Source of the DNA: Candidatus Latescibacterota bacterium
GTDB lineage: Bacteria; Latescibacterota; UBA2968; SICM01
Assembly: GCA_965217865.1 (NCBI GenBank)
Contig: CBDCJO010000002.1
Location: 2,592,001 to 2,656,000 of the forward strand
Direction of reading: 5' to 3'
DNA: 64,000 nucleotides
Positions 1 to 10,404 of the stretch are shown one piece after another (position 1 is the stretch's first letter; each line of letters opens with the position of its first letter). Under the pieces are notes generated by a model that ran no database searches, was not told the DNA's origin, and worked only from the letters and a program-made list of their open reading frames with translations. The position numbers were made by a program, and so were the translations under genes.

Positions 1-375
1 CAGCATCGATGCAACCAAACGAACGACTTCCGTTCGTGTCAGTTCCGGCAAGGCAAGGTCTACGACATCCCGGCGGTCCTCCTCTCCGAGCCTGAGCAGT
101 GTCCACACATCGTCGGGCTCACCGGTTCGAAAAGTGGTGAAGGCAAGCATCGGAATCTCTCGAAGGTGTTCGGCGAGATGCTGGAGAAACGCCACCGTCA
201 GTTCGTCCGCCTCCTGAAGGTCGTCCAGGAAAAACGCTATCGATCGTCGACGGGCTTGTTCGCTGAACAATTGGACAAGGGCACCCAGAAGCCTTCGACC
301 TTCCTCACCCGAGAAAAGATCCGCGGACCCGTTCGTGCCGTTGCCCTCACCCTTGGGGGCCAGTTCGGGGAATAG

Positions 376-1901
376 CAGCCTGTTGAAAAAGTGCGTTTAT
401 GCCAAGATGACTGTTGTCTTTCCTTGTGGTTTGGTCCTATGATATATCAGGTTCAAACTGAGAAGGGAGGACGAGCAAATGGCAATGGGAAAACGAGGCC
501 GACAGAGACAGGAAAACCTGTTCATCGCATCGAACACTTTGGTGAAATCTCCGGGTCATCCGTTCTACGAGAAGCTGAATCAGGTATTGGGGGCGAACGG
601 CTTCGACGAGTTCGTCGAGGGGCTTTGCCAGCGGTATTACGCTCCTCATATGGGTCGCAAGGGCATTCCGCCCGGGGTTTATTTTCGGATGCTTTTGATT
701 GGGTATTTCGAGGGACTTGATTCGGAACGTGGGATCGAATGGCGTGTATCTGACTCGCTGACGTTGCGCCGGTTTTTGGGGTATGCCCTTGACGAACAGA
801 CCCCGGATCATTCCAGCCTGTCTCGCATCCGGCATCGGCTTCCCTTGGAAGTTCACGAAGCGGTTTTCAAGTGGATCCTGAGGGTCTTGTGCAAAGCGGG
901 TCTGGTGAAGGGGAAGACGTTGGGCGTGGATGCTACGACACTGGAGGCCAACGCCGCGATGCGCAGCATTGTACGCCGTGACACGGGTGAAGGCTACCAG
1001 GCATTCCTTGAGAATCTGGCCAAGGCCTCGGGCATTGAAACGCCTACCCGCGAGGACTTGTCCAAGATCGATAAGAAGCGACCGAAGAAGGGATCGAACC
1101 AGGACTGGGAGCACCCGCACGACCCGGATGCCAAGATCGCTAAGATGAAGGACGGTCGCACGCACATGGCGCACAAGGTGGAGCACGCGGTGGATCTGGA
1201 CACCAATGCCATTGTGGCAGTGGCGTTGTCGGGAGCAGATGAAGGAGATACCGAGTCGTTGCCCTGGACGCTGCTCGAGGCGCAGCTCAATCTCAAGCAG
1301 GTCGCGAAGGACGAAAAAGCTGCCAAACGTTTGCACAGACAGCGTATACGGGAGGTGGTTGCGGACAAAGGATATCATAGCAACGATGTATTGACCAGTC
1401 TGAAGCAAGGCGGCATCCGGAGTTACATTTCAGAACCGGATCGGGGACGCCGCAAGTGGAACGGCCGACGAGATGAGCAGGCCGCGGTATATGCGAATCG
1501 ACGCCGGATCAAGGGAGATCGCGGCAAGGCCTTGCGCCGAAGTCGTGCAGAACGGGTGGAAAGAACCATCGCTCACACATATGATACCGGTGGCATGCGC
1601 AGGTTGCACTTGAGAGACCGCGGCAATATCCTCAAGCGTTTGCTGATCCACATCGGGGGCTGCAACCTGGCTCTGCTCATGCGCAAAGTGATGGGCGTAG
1701 GTACTCCGAAGGCCCTCCAGGACCTGGCCAAGGCCTTGCAGCGTCTACTGCTCGTCCTACAATCACGTTTGCTGCCCTCGGTCACCTTTTTAACCTCTTA
1801 TCAGCGTCTCCTGCTCAATCTCCTTACCTTGATTTATCTGACCCGCACTCCAGGCGTCTTTTCCGTTTATGTGCGTTGAAAGGTAGTTCTTCAACGGGCT
1901 G
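376..1901 (+). mobile_element. IS1182-family insertion sequence, copy 1 (complete, 1526 bp)
   Basis: Terminal IRs CAGCCTGTTGAAAAA / CAGCCCGTTGAAGAA; ATAG duplicated at 372-375 and 1902-1905; near-identical copies at 4447 and 22337. Confidence 0.92.
479..1879 (+). CDS. IS1182-family DDE transposase
   Basis: DUF772-like N-terminus (PDHSSLSRIR) and DDE motifs GVDATT, VADKGY, RAERVER. Confidence 0.92.
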   Translation: MAMGKRGRQRQENLFIASNTLVKSPGHPFYEKLNQVLGANGFDEFVEGLCQRYYAPHMGRKGIPPGVYFRMLLIGYFEGLDSERGIEWRVSDSLTLRRFLGYALDEQTPDHSSLSRIRHRLPLEVHEAVFKWILRVLCKAGLVKGKTLGVDATTLEANAAMRSIVRRDTGEGYQAFLENLAKASGIETPTREDLSKIDKKRPKKGSNQDWEHPHDPDAKIAKMKDGRTHMAHKVEHAVDLDTNAIVAVALSGADEGDTESLPWTLLEAQLNLKQVAKDEKAAKRLHRQRIREVVADKGYHSNDVLTSLKQGGIRSYISEPDRGRRKWNGRRDEQAAVYANRRRIKGDRGKALRRSRAERVERTIAHTYDTGGMRRLHLRDRGNILKRLLIHIGGCNLALLMRKVMGVGTPKALQDLAKALQRLLLVLQSRLLPSVTFLTSYQRLLLNLLTLIYLTRTPGVFSVYVR

Positions 1902-3360
1902 ATAGGGGGGCCAGTTGGGATCGAACCTCCCGGGAGATCGAACTCATCGTCGTGTTGTTCAACCATTTCCGAACGGCCTCAACAATCGGTTGGAGAGGCG
2001 GCTGGCCTGGACCTCCCCCTTCTCCATTCAGAATGAGAAGACCCGATATCCTGGCCTGTGCTCGAATTTCGTCAAGGAACCTCGTCTTGCCGATCCCGGC
2101 CTCCCCGCTGATCACGACCAGACGACCCCGTCCCTCGTTCGCATCCGACAACAAGCGGTTTAAAACCGCGATCTCTTCTCCCCTGCCCACAAACGTGGGC
2201 CGAAGCAGGACCGGGGAACGATCGCGGATTCTTGATCCTGTCGGGGTCCGGACCGGCTCTCCGATTGCCGTCAAGGCCGAAAGCAGGTCATCTGCGGACT
2301 GATACCGGTTAACGGGGTCCTTTTCAAGAAGGGTCAAAACAATCTGCTGAAGGGACGTCGGAATATCCGAACTGTGTTCGCGAGGAGGCACCGGAATCTC
2401 GCGGATGTGTTTGAGAGCCACCGAAGCCGGGCTCTCTCCGTCGAAAGGAAGTCGCTCAGTTAAGATCTCATAAAGGATCACGCCGAGCGAATAAAGGTCT
2501 GACCGTTGATCGACGCCCGTTCCCCGCACCTGTTCGGGGGACATATAGTGGATCGTACCGGAAATGCCACGCTCCTCCTTCAGGTCGATCTCCTCCTCAG
2601 GGGTGGCCAGACCCATATCCATAAGCTTTATACGGAGATCCTTTACGCGCCTTCCAGCGAACATCAGGTTGCCAGGCTTCAAGTCCCGATGAATGAAACC
2701 GTTGGCGTGGATGTAGCCCAAAGCCGAACAGATTTGAGAGAGAAACGACAGGAGGGATGCAGGACGGTTAAGAGCCGTCTTGAGGGAAGAACGGGGGGAA
2801 GAGAGCGCCCCTTCCAGCGTCCTACCGGAGAGGTACTCCATCGTAAAGTAAGGGGATCCGGTGTGGATCCCGCTTTCGAACACATCCACCAGGTTGGGAT
2901 GTGAAAGCCGGGAAAGAGTATAAAACTCGCGCCTGAATCGTTCGGCCGGTTTTGAGCCGGGCGTTGAAGATGAAAGCATCTTTAAAGCAACGACCAGGCC
3001 GTCCTGCCGGGCGTCCCGAACCTGGTATACCTCACCCATTCCCCCGGCCCCAAGGGATCGAACCACCCGATAACGATCATCAATCAGGTGGCCCTTCCGA
3101 AGCATCTTGACAGCTCCCGACAAACTCATCGCACGCCGAGCCCGAGAAAATTGGGGTTTCGAAAACTTGTGCGTTCCTGAACCAGATGCTTTCAACGGTT
3201 TTAGTTCGTGGAACAATTTAACAATTCTATTTTTCGGAATCAACGAAAATCAATCAATTCCAGTGCAATAGGGGAGTTGCATACGAATAAAGCATTAGCA
3301 AATTTCAAAATAAAAATAGGGGTTAATCCTTAAAACCCGTTCCGACAGGTAAGATTTTTC

Positions 3361-3389
3361 TTGCGCTTTTCGGCTCTAAACCTTAGATT
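3361..3389 (+). promoter_or_regulatory. Putative sigma70 promoter of tRNA-fMet
   Basis: TTGCGC-N17-TAGATT, ending 9 bp before the tRNA. Confidence 0.65.
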
Positions 3390-3398
3390 TGAACCAAT

Positions 3399-3475
<77 letters not shown>

Positions 3476-3477
3476 TA

Positions 3478-3511
3478 ACGAGGTCCTTAACGATCAGGTT
3501 AGGGGCCTCGT
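3478..3511 (+). terminator. Hairpin downstream of the tRNA (possible terminator or processing stem)
   Basis: ACGAGGTCCTTAAC...GTTAGGGGCCTCGT inverted repeat; weak U tract. Confidence 0.45.
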
Positions 3512-3521
3512 CCCGTTTATA

Positions 3522-3851
3522 ATGGAGGTCCTGTTGGGACTGCTGCTGATATTTCTATTTATCCTCCTGGCGGTTGTGGCCGTCAAATATATCACCGTAC
3601 GATCTATTCTACGACAGCAGAAATTGTTGGCCGAGAATACCGAACGCCTGAACGATTCCCGAGCTATGGTCAAGGTGATTGAGAATACGCTGCAGGTAGA
3701 ACAACGCCGTGGGAGCGAGTGCAACCGCAGTATCGAACGCCTGAACAAAGAAGTTGCGCGTCTTGAGGAAGAATTATGGAAGATCGATCAAGCAGAACAG
3801 GTAGAGGCAGAACTGACCCGGCAAAAACTTGAAGGTTTTAAGGATGAATAA
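3522..3851 (+). CDS. Hypothetical membrane-anchored coiled-coil protein
   Basis: N-terminal hydrophobic helix followed by a heptad-rich charged region. Confidence 0.7.
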   Translation: MEVLLGLLLIFLFILLAVVAVKYITVRSILRQQKLLAENTERLNDSRAMVKVIENTLQVEQRRGSECNRSIERLNKEVARLEEELWKIDQAEQVEAELTRQKLEGFKDE

Positions 3852-4002
3852 TAATTTCCTCTAGGTTCAACAACTATCCATCTCATAGATTCCCTGACAA
3901 ACCCCGCCTGCCCTCGATTGTATTCGCATCTGTCGATTGACCACATCCTCCTGATGTTCAACCACGATCCATCATATAAATTTTTGCCTTGCAGAATAAA
4001 GG

Positions 4003-4446
4003 ATGAAAAAATCCATCCGTGGAATCTGGTCCGGGATACCCATGCCGTGGAAAGAGACGGAGGAACTGGATCGCGCCGCTTTGATCCGAACGGTGAAGCG
4101 GTGCGTAGAAGGTGGGAGCCACGGAATCTATGTGGCGGGAACTACGGGTGAGTTTCACGCCATGGGAGAAGCCCAGTTTCTGGACGTGGTCGAGACGTTT
4201 ACGGCCGCGATGAGAAACTATGCTTCCACCGGAGTCCAGGTGGGTTGCGGAGGTTTCTCGTTACGTCAAGTGTTCGATCGTATCGAAACGGCGACCGCCA
4301 ATGGGTGTGACGAGATTCAGCTTCCGTTGCCCGGTTGGGAGCCTTTGGACGATGACGAGGTGCTTGGCTTTTTCCAGGTCATTGCCGAGCGATTTCAGCC
4401 GTCCGGATCACTGTTTATGATAATACCAACTGCGGACGAACCATAG
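4003..4446 (+). pseudogene. Dihydrodipicolinate synthase (DapA/NanA)-family protein, N-terminal half, truncated by IS1182 copy 2
   Basis: GIYVAGTTGEF motif; apparent 1-bp frameshift near 4395 (alternative frame RITVYDN); ends at the IS right IR. Confidence 0.8.
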
Positions 4447-5941
4447 CAGCCCGTTGAAGAACTACCTTTCAACGCACATAAACGGAAAAGACGCCTGGAG
4501 TGCGGGTCAGATAAATCAAGGTAAGGAGATTGAGCAGGAGACGCTGATAAGAGGTTAAAAAGGTGACCGAGGGCAGCAAACGTGATTGTAGGACGAGCAG
4601 TAGACGCTGCAAGGCCTTGGCCAGGTCCTGGAGGGCCACGCCCATCACTTTGCGCATGAGCAGAGCCAGGTTGCAGCCCCCGATGTGGATCAGCAAACGC
4701 TTGAGGATATTGCCGCGGTCTCTCAAGTGCAACCTGCGCATGCCACCGGTATCATATGTGTGAGCGATGGTTCTTTCCACCCGTTCTGCACGACTTCGGC
4801 GCAAGGCCTTGCCGCGATCTCCCTTGATCCGGCGTCGATTCGCATATACCGCGGCCTGCTCATCTCGTCGGCCGTTCCACTTGCGGCGTCCCCGATCCGG
4901 TTCTGAAATGTAACTCCGGATGCCGCCTTGCTTCAGACTGGTCAATACATCGTTGCTATGATATCCTTTGTCCGCAACCACCTCCCGTATACGCTGTCTG
5001 TGCAAACGTTTGGCAGCTTTTTCGTCCTTCGCGACCTGCTTGAGATTGAGCTGCGCCTCGAGCAGCGTCCAGGGCAACGACTCGGTATCTCCTTCATCTG
5101 CTCCCGACAACGCCACTGCCACAATGGCATTGGTGTCCAGATCCACCGCGTGCTCCACCTTGTGCGCCATGTGCGTGCGACCGTCCTTCATCTTAGCGAT
5201 CTTGGCATCCGGGTCGTGCGGGTGCTCCCAGTCCTGGTTCGATCCCTTCTTCGGTCGCTTCTTATCGATCTTGGACAAGTCCTCGCGGGTAGGCGTTTCA
5301 ATGCCCGAGGCCTTGGCCAGATTCTCAAGGAATGCCTGGTAGCCTTCACCCGTGTCACGGCGTACAATGCTGCGCATCGCGGCGTTGGCCTCCAGTGTCG
5401 TAGCATCCACGCCCAACGTCTTCCCCTTCACCAGACCCGCTTTGCACAAGACCCTCAGGATCCACTTGAAAACCGCTTCGTGAACTTCCAAGGGAAGCCG
5501 ATGCCGGATGCGAGACAGGCTGGAATGATCCGGGGTCTGTTCGTCAAGGGCATACCCCAAAAACCGGCGCAACGTCAGCGAGTCAGATACACGCCATTCG
5601 ATCCCACGTTCCGAATCAAGTCCCTCGAAATACCCAATCAAAAGCATCCGAAAATAAACCCCGGGCGGAATGCCCTTGCGACCCATATGAGGAGCGTAAT
5701 ACCGCTGGCAAAGCCCCTCGACGAACTCGTCGAAGCCGTTCGCCCCCAATACCTGATTCAGCTTCTCGTAGAACGGATGACCCGGAGATTTCACCAAAGT
5801 GTTCGATGTGATGAACAGGTTTTCCTGTCTCTGTCGTCCTCGTTTTCCCATTGCCATTTGCTCGTCCTCCCTTCTCAGTTTGAACCTGATATATCATAGG
5901 ACCAAACCACAAGGAAAGACAACAGTCATCTTGGCATAAAC
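4447..5941 (-). mobile_element. IS1182 copy 2, lacking the left IR (about 20 bp missing)
   Basis: Right IR at 4447; identity to copy 1 stops at 5941; 12-bp in-frame deletion (GTPK) in the transposase. Confidence 0.9.
4469..5857 (-). CDS. IS1182-family transposase
   Basis: Nearly identical to 479-1879. Confidence 0.9.
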   Translation of the reverse strand: MAMGKRGRQRQENLFITSNTLVKSPGHPFYEKLNQVLGANGFDEFVEGLCQRYYAPHMGRKGIPPGVYFRMLLIGYFEGLDSERGIEWRVSDSLTLRRFLGYALDEQTPDHSSLSRIRHRLPLEVHEAVFKWILRVLCKAGLVKGKTLGVDATTLEANAAMRSIVRRDTGEGYQAFLENLAKASGIETPTREDLSKIDKKRPKKGSNQDWEHPHDPDAKIAKMKDGRTHMAHKVEHAVDLDTNAIVAVALSGADEGDTESLPWTLLEAQLNLKQVAKDEKAAKRLHRQRIREVVADKGYHSNDVLTSLKQGGIRSYISEPDRGRRKWNGRRDEQAAVYANRRRIKGDRGKALRRSRAERVERTIAHTYDTGGMRRLHLRDRGNILKRLLIHIGGCNLALLMRKVMGVALQDLAKALQRLLLVLQSRLLPSVTFLTSYQRLLLNLLTLIYLTRTPGVFSVYVR

Positions 5942-6702
5942 TGCCCCTGAAGAGATGAAAATGTCGCCTTTTCCCCTTCGATCCCAATAATGAGGACGTT
6001 CGGACTGTTCGGATCCACCTGGATGGAAGTGATGCGGGAATTTTCGAGCCCGCAGTTCGCGCGACTCCAGGAATTCCCTCCGTCCGTGCTTTTGTACACA
6101 CCTCCGACAGCACTGGGGAAATCACCCGTGACGGGTCCGGGGGAGTCCAACGTTGCCGCGTAGACGTTCGAGGGATCGACGGGATCGAAGGCGATATCCC
6201 AGATTTCGGGGTATCCGCCATTCAAATGGCGCGGTCCCTCGCGAAACCGGATCCAGGTGGTTCCTCCATCGATGCTTTTTACAAATCCGTTACGTTCGGT
6301 CCCCATTAGGATGATGTTCGGATCGGCCGGATGGACGGTCAAAGATCTAAATGCTCCATCGTGATCCGCGCCTTCAGGACCATCCGGACCGGAGACGATC
6401 TCGAGACCATTTCCAACGTCATTCCCGCAATCTACCTGCTCCCCGAACAGGAGGGCGAAGGCAAAGAAGTCGTCGAGGTCGACTGTGCCATCGCCGTCCA
6501 GGTCATATTTGTTCTGATTGGTTCCGAAGGCCAGGGCGAACTCAAACAAATCATCGAGGTCGACGACGCCACTGTCGTCAAAATCAGCCTGAGCGGCTGT
6601 CTGGCCCCAAACAAGGGTTGGCACCAGGAGCATTAACAGGATGACGGCCTGTATGATCACAAGGAGGACGGTATTCGAGGCCAGATAGGGCTCACGATTC
6701 AT
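5942..6702 (-). pseudogene. Secreted protein with a dockerin/EF-hand-like domain and BNR (Asp-box) beta-propeller repeats, C-terminally truncated at IS copy 2
   Basis: Signal peptide; ADFDDSGVVDLDD and DLDGDGTVDLDDF repeats; KSIDGGTTW and KSTDGGNSW Asp-boxes; the frame runs into IS sequence. Confidence 0.8.
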
Positions 6703-7526
6703 TCCGATGTTTCCCCCACGAGTTTCAATCCTGCCTCCAGCCAGGGTTTTAAAACCGTATTGTCTCCGATTGCGCGGCGCGCGATGTTGCGCGTGGCTTT
6801 CGACATGTCAATGTCGGCAAGGACCAGCTCTTCCTTGAACATGCTCCCACGAACGAGAACAACCCCGTCCGGGTCTACGACCCGGCTTTCACCGTTGGAA
6901 CCCGCAGCCAGGTTTCCGGGGTTCGCGGGCGGGGCAACCGCGACATAGAAAATGCTGTTTTCAGTCGCCCTGGCGATGGGAAGTCCCTCGTAGGCCGAGG
7001 CCTTGTGTTCGTGGGAGGGATCGCTGTGGTAGCTGGAGCAGTAGCAGATCTTCGCCCCGGCGATAACGGGCAGACGGAGCAGTTCCGGAAACCGCTGGTC
7101 GAAACAGATGAGAAAACAGGACTTGGCCCCGGAGACAGTAAAAACCGGCAAACGGTCGCCCGGCACGGACCAGGGTTCGGCTTGGTGTATCTTGTCGTAA
7201 TAGCCCCTGAAGATGCCGCCTTTGTCCACCACAAGAAGGCTGTTGTGAACTCCCGATTTCCCCCATCGGGCGGTTCCGACCACAGCCGCGATGTCCAACC
7301 GTTTCGCGGCGCGGATGATGCGCTTCTCCGCGGACAGAAAATCCGCAGGGTCCGCTTTCCGGAAATACGCTGCCTCTTTGGGCCAGCCGCAGGTGCTGGC
7401 TTCCGGGAAGACGGCGACATCGACTCCCGCCTGTGCGGCCTTTTTCATCCAGAGGAGGATCTTGTCCGTACTTTTACGGACTTCGGGACCAGTCAGGATC
7501 TGACACATTCCCACACGGAGTTTCAA
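6699..7526 (-). CDS. Carbon-nitrogen hydrolase (nitrilase superfamily)
   Basis: E-K-C triad motifs VFPE, YDKIH, LICFDQRFPE; ARATEN. Confidence 0.92.
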   Translation of the reverse strand: MKLRVGMCQILTGPEVRKSTDKILLWMKKAAQAGVDVAVFPEASTCGWPKEAAYFRKADPADFLSAEKRIIRAAKRLDIAAVVGTARWGKSGVHNSLLVVDKGGIFRGYYDKIHQAEPWSVPGDRLPVFTVSGAKSCFLICFDQRFPELLRLPVIAGAKICYCSSYHSDPSHEHKASAYEGLPIARATENSIFYVAVAPPANPGNLAAGSNGESRVVDPDGVVLVRGSMFKEELVLADIDMSKATRNIARRAIGDNTVLKPWLEAGLKLVGETSE

Positions 7527-7588
7527 TGAAGTATCCCTCTTTCAGATTGAATGTTGGTATAGACGTAGCGTTTTTTTTGAAACAGGTT

Positions 7589-8474
7589 TTAACCAAACTC
7601 GGTTATTTTCCAGTTTGCGTACCAGCGAGAGTCCTCGGGCGGTGATTCAGGTCCGTTCTGCATGGAATGAAAATCTTTCAGTCTTGGCCGGATTTCCTTC
7701 TCCCAAATATTTTCGATCTGATTAAACGTCAGGGTACTCCCACCGGGTTTAAGGCGGGCATATTCCTCTAAAAGGTTCCCGGCTTTTTCCTCCAGATGCT
7801 GGACGATATCCGCCAACATTTCTTCCCCTGCCCGGCGGTCGGATTCTCCCGCGCAATCCCCCAGGGCAAAATGAGGAGGAGGTTCGTCCGGCGCGGGAAG
7901 GCGAGAGATATCCACACAATCAGGCTCGAGGGCCCAGAGGAGGGATGTCTCGCCCCTTCCTGCGTGTCCTCCCATACCTCCTCGATCTTTGAATCGTGCG
8001 CGCTCGGTACCAGCTCCTATATGTGAATAGATCCGGGCGGAAACGTGCTGTTGCAGGATATCCAGGAGGATCGGGATGTCCAGGCGGTGCGGACCGGAGT
8101 GACCGGAAAAGATGATGACCCCGTGGAATCCCAGGGCATCTATCGCCCGGACATGATAACAGAGGTTTCTGGAAAAGAGCCACGGGGGAACGGCCGTTAG
8201 CCACGGACGCACTTCACCCACTTTTTTTAGCCCATGCGCCGTAGATTCCTACCTCGTGACAATTCCAATATTCGGGCGGGGCGACGATGCCACCGAAGGT
8301 CCGGGCGACCCGGCAAAGGGTTCCGTGGGCCCTTATCGCGTCCATCCCAACGGCGTTCTGCGGTCCGTGAGGTTCGCAGAGGCCATACGGCAGGTAGGCG
8401 ATGGGGCATTCCTCAAAGGCGGCCTCGAGCTCATCGGGGAACATACGGTCCCAGCGAACTTCCCTTCGCTTCAT
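7589..8474 (-). pseudogene. Creatininase-family protein with a frameshift in the T7 tract at 8222-8228 (possibly a sequencing error)
   Basis: LPYGLCEPHGP...GMD in 8214-8474; SGH and GHAGRGETS in 7589-8221. Confidence 0.85.
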
Positions 8475-8598
8475 CGGTTTGGCTCCTTGGTGATAGGCCT
8501 GAAAGAAATCGCTTCAGAATCGATGATGCTGTTTTCGATTACGTAAAGATAGCATTTCAACGCCGCCTCATACAAAAACTTTATGTCGAATCATTCCA

Positions 8599-8628
8599 TA
8601 AAAAAACGGCGGCCGATTTGGCCGCCGC
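8599..8628 (-). terminator. Rho-independent terminator after the ECF-FliG_C gene
   Basis: CGGCGGCC-AAATC-GGCCGCCG stem followed by T7 on the minus strand. Confidence 0.75.
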
Positions 8629-8665
8629 TGACAAATTATAATTAATTGATATTCTTGAACTTAAG

Positions 8666-9511
8666 TCATTGCTGCTGCTGTGTTTGGTTTTCCGATGATG
8701 GACGAATTTTCCCTGTGGTTTGCAGACTATGAATCGTTTGCAGGATTTTCTTTTGTGAAGCTTCAATATCTTCCAGGGAAACCGAAGATTCTGTCCAAAA
8801 ATTTCGGATAATTCCACGTACGCGCTCCGAGACGTTTGACATGGTCCTTTTCTCGACCTCCCGAATGTCTTCTCCTCTCCCTTTCAAGGCAACTGCCAGG
8901 TCCTTCGTGTAAATTTCTCTAAGAGTTGTCTGGATCTCCTCATCCGTCAAGAGTGTCCAATCCCTAAAAGTTCGGATATCGACTCGATTGACCTCCCGGA
9001 GTTGCTTTCGGGCCCTATGCAGTCTCATTTTCACCGCGGCCGAAGAGATGCCCATGAATTGGCCGACTGATTCTATCCGTTCCCCATCGAGATAGTAGAG
9101 CACGACAGCCTCTCTATCGCTTTGAGAAAGCTGTTTCAAAGCATCCAGGACTTGCCCTCGGTTTTCATGCTTCTCAAGGGCCTCGTCTGGCGGAAGACTC
9201 GATCCAACAATGGTATCAGGATCAACATCCACTCTTTCCAATGGAACGGTCTTTCGCTTTCGGAAATCCATCTTGCACAGGTTCAGCACAATTTTTCTCA
9301 ACCAACTTCCAAACTGCTCCCCATCATTCAGCATGTCTAACCGGTAATATGCCCGGATGAATGCCTCCTGCGCCAGGTCCTCAGCCAGGTCAAAATCGTT
9401 TGTGTAACTGATGGCAACTCCATAAACGGAGTTCCGATATCGCTCTACAAGCCGGCGATATGCATTGCGGTTTCCCCCCAAGGTCTGCTTGACCAGATTC
9501 CGGTCACTCAC
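8666..9511 (-). CDS. ECF sigma-70 factor with a C-terminal FliG_C-like domain
   Basis: Sigma2 (LAEDLAQEAFIRAY, FGSWLRKI) and sigma4 (AVKMRLHRARKQL); C-terminal TFRDWTLLTDEEIQTTLREI..KDLAVALKG...NVSER...DIEASQKKILQTIHSLQTTGKI resembles the FliG C-terminus. Confidence 0.88.
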   Translation of the reverse strand: MSDRNLVKQTLGGNRNAYRRLVERYRNSVYGVAISYTNDFDLAEDLAQEAFIRAYYRLDMLNDGEQFGSWLRKIVLNLCKMDFRKRKTVPLERVDVDPDTIVGSSLPPDEALEKHENRGQVLDALKQLSQSDREAVVLYYLDGERIESVGQFMGISSAAVKMRLHRARKQLREVNRVDIRTFRDWTLLTDEEIQTTLREIYTKDLAVALKGRGEDIREVEKRTMSNVSERVRGIIRNFWTESSVSLEDIEASQKKILQTIHSLQTTGKIRPSSENQTQQQQ

Positions 9512-9547
9512 AAGCTGTATTCTCCTGTGCGAAGGCCTTTCATATAC

Positions 9548-9575
9548 AGATGCAGAAAGTGGGAGTTGGGTAACA
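9548..9575 (-). promoter_or_regulatory. Putative ECF-type autoregulatory promoter
   Basis: TGTTACC-N16-CATCT upstream of RBS AGGAG and the sigma start; inferred from typical ECF promoter geometry. Confidence 0.4.
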
Positions 9576-9686
9576 AGAAATGTTTATGATTTGAGGTATT
9601 TTGAAAGAGGACGGTGATGAAAAGAGAGGATATGCTCGGGGTTGGTTGCTCTATTCGTTTAAAATTGGGCGGTTAGATTAGAACTG

Positions 9687-10094
9687 CTAATCGTCCGGGG
9701 AAAAAGTATAACACCAGGCCTCTCCCTCCAAAACCGTTTTGCCGTCTTCCCGAGTGACTTTGATCTTCAACTGGGTAACCGGTTTGGTTTCGTGGATACT
9801 GGCAACTTCAGCTTCAGCCGTTATGGTATCTCCGATAAAAACGGGAGCCGTGAATTGCCATTTTTGACTCAGGAAAACAGTGCCGGGGCCCGGCATGTCC
9901 ATCGCAACGAGAGCATGAAGAAGCCCGGTCGTTATGCCGCCCTGAACAACCAGACGTTTAAATTTGGTTTTAGAGGCAAAGGATTTATCGAAATGAATGG
10001 GATTGTAGTCGCCGGTCAAGGCCCCGAATGTTTTGACGTGATCGGCCGTAAGCGTCACGCTGCGTACTGCCTTTTGTCCGATGGATAGGTCCAT
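9687..10094 (-). CDS. MaoC-family (R)-enoyl-CoA hydratase/dehydratase
   Basis: LTGDYNPIH and FTAPVFIGDTI motifs; RBS supports the start at 10094. Confidence 0.9.
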   Translation of the reverse strand: MDLSIGQKAVRSVTLTADHVKTFGALTGDYNPIHFDKSFASKTKFKRLVVQGGITTGLLHALVAMDMPGPGTVFLSQKWQFTAPVFIGDTITAEAEVASIHETKPVTQLKIKVTREDGKTVLEGEAWCYTFSPDD

Positions 10095-10404
10095 ATGATT
10101 ACCTTCCGAGGGGTGTGTGATGGGAGGGACGCCGGCCTCGGCGTCCGCAAACACCGGACTTTAAGGTCAGGGGTTTTCAGAATCCCATTGGGTCAAGGGT
10201 TTGGCGGTTTTCAGGCCGAATTGGATGAATTTTAATGGTGAACGGATTTGATTATGCAGGAAAAGATATCGACATCGGGTAACCGATTACGGCCCGCGAG
10301 GCCGCGGGCCCTCCCAGAAACAGGGTCGATTCTGGATTTGTCGAAGGTCGTCTTTGCCCCTCCAGGTCAATGTTGATGATGGAATGCAAAATGAATGTCG
10401 AATC

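Larger units (their letters stand above)
1..3243 (-). pseudogene. Ser/Thr protein kinase fused to an AAA/STAND-type NTPase (PknK-like), split by IS1182 at 376-1901; continues beyond the window edge
   Basis: Kinase motifs LGAGGMGEVY, VALK, HRDLKPGN, DMG, GTIHYMSPEQ, DLYSLG, then FVGR and Walker A GEAGIGKT. Removing the IS and one ATAG restores the frame: QLAPLFPELAPKGEG...IAFFLDDLQEAD (Walker B, in 1-375). True start probably near 3129 or 3105. Confidence 0.9.

Noticed and set aside
437-1408. 323-aa antisense ORF in each IS1182 copy, and similar long antisense ORFs (50976-52157, 53518-54435, 38193-38897)
   Set aside because: Shadow frames of well-supported genes on the opposite strand, with no recognisable motifs.
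10155-10400. Riboswitch or ncRNA in the intergenic region upstream of the MaoC gene
   Set aside because: No recognisable conserved motif by eye; an Rfam scan would be needed.
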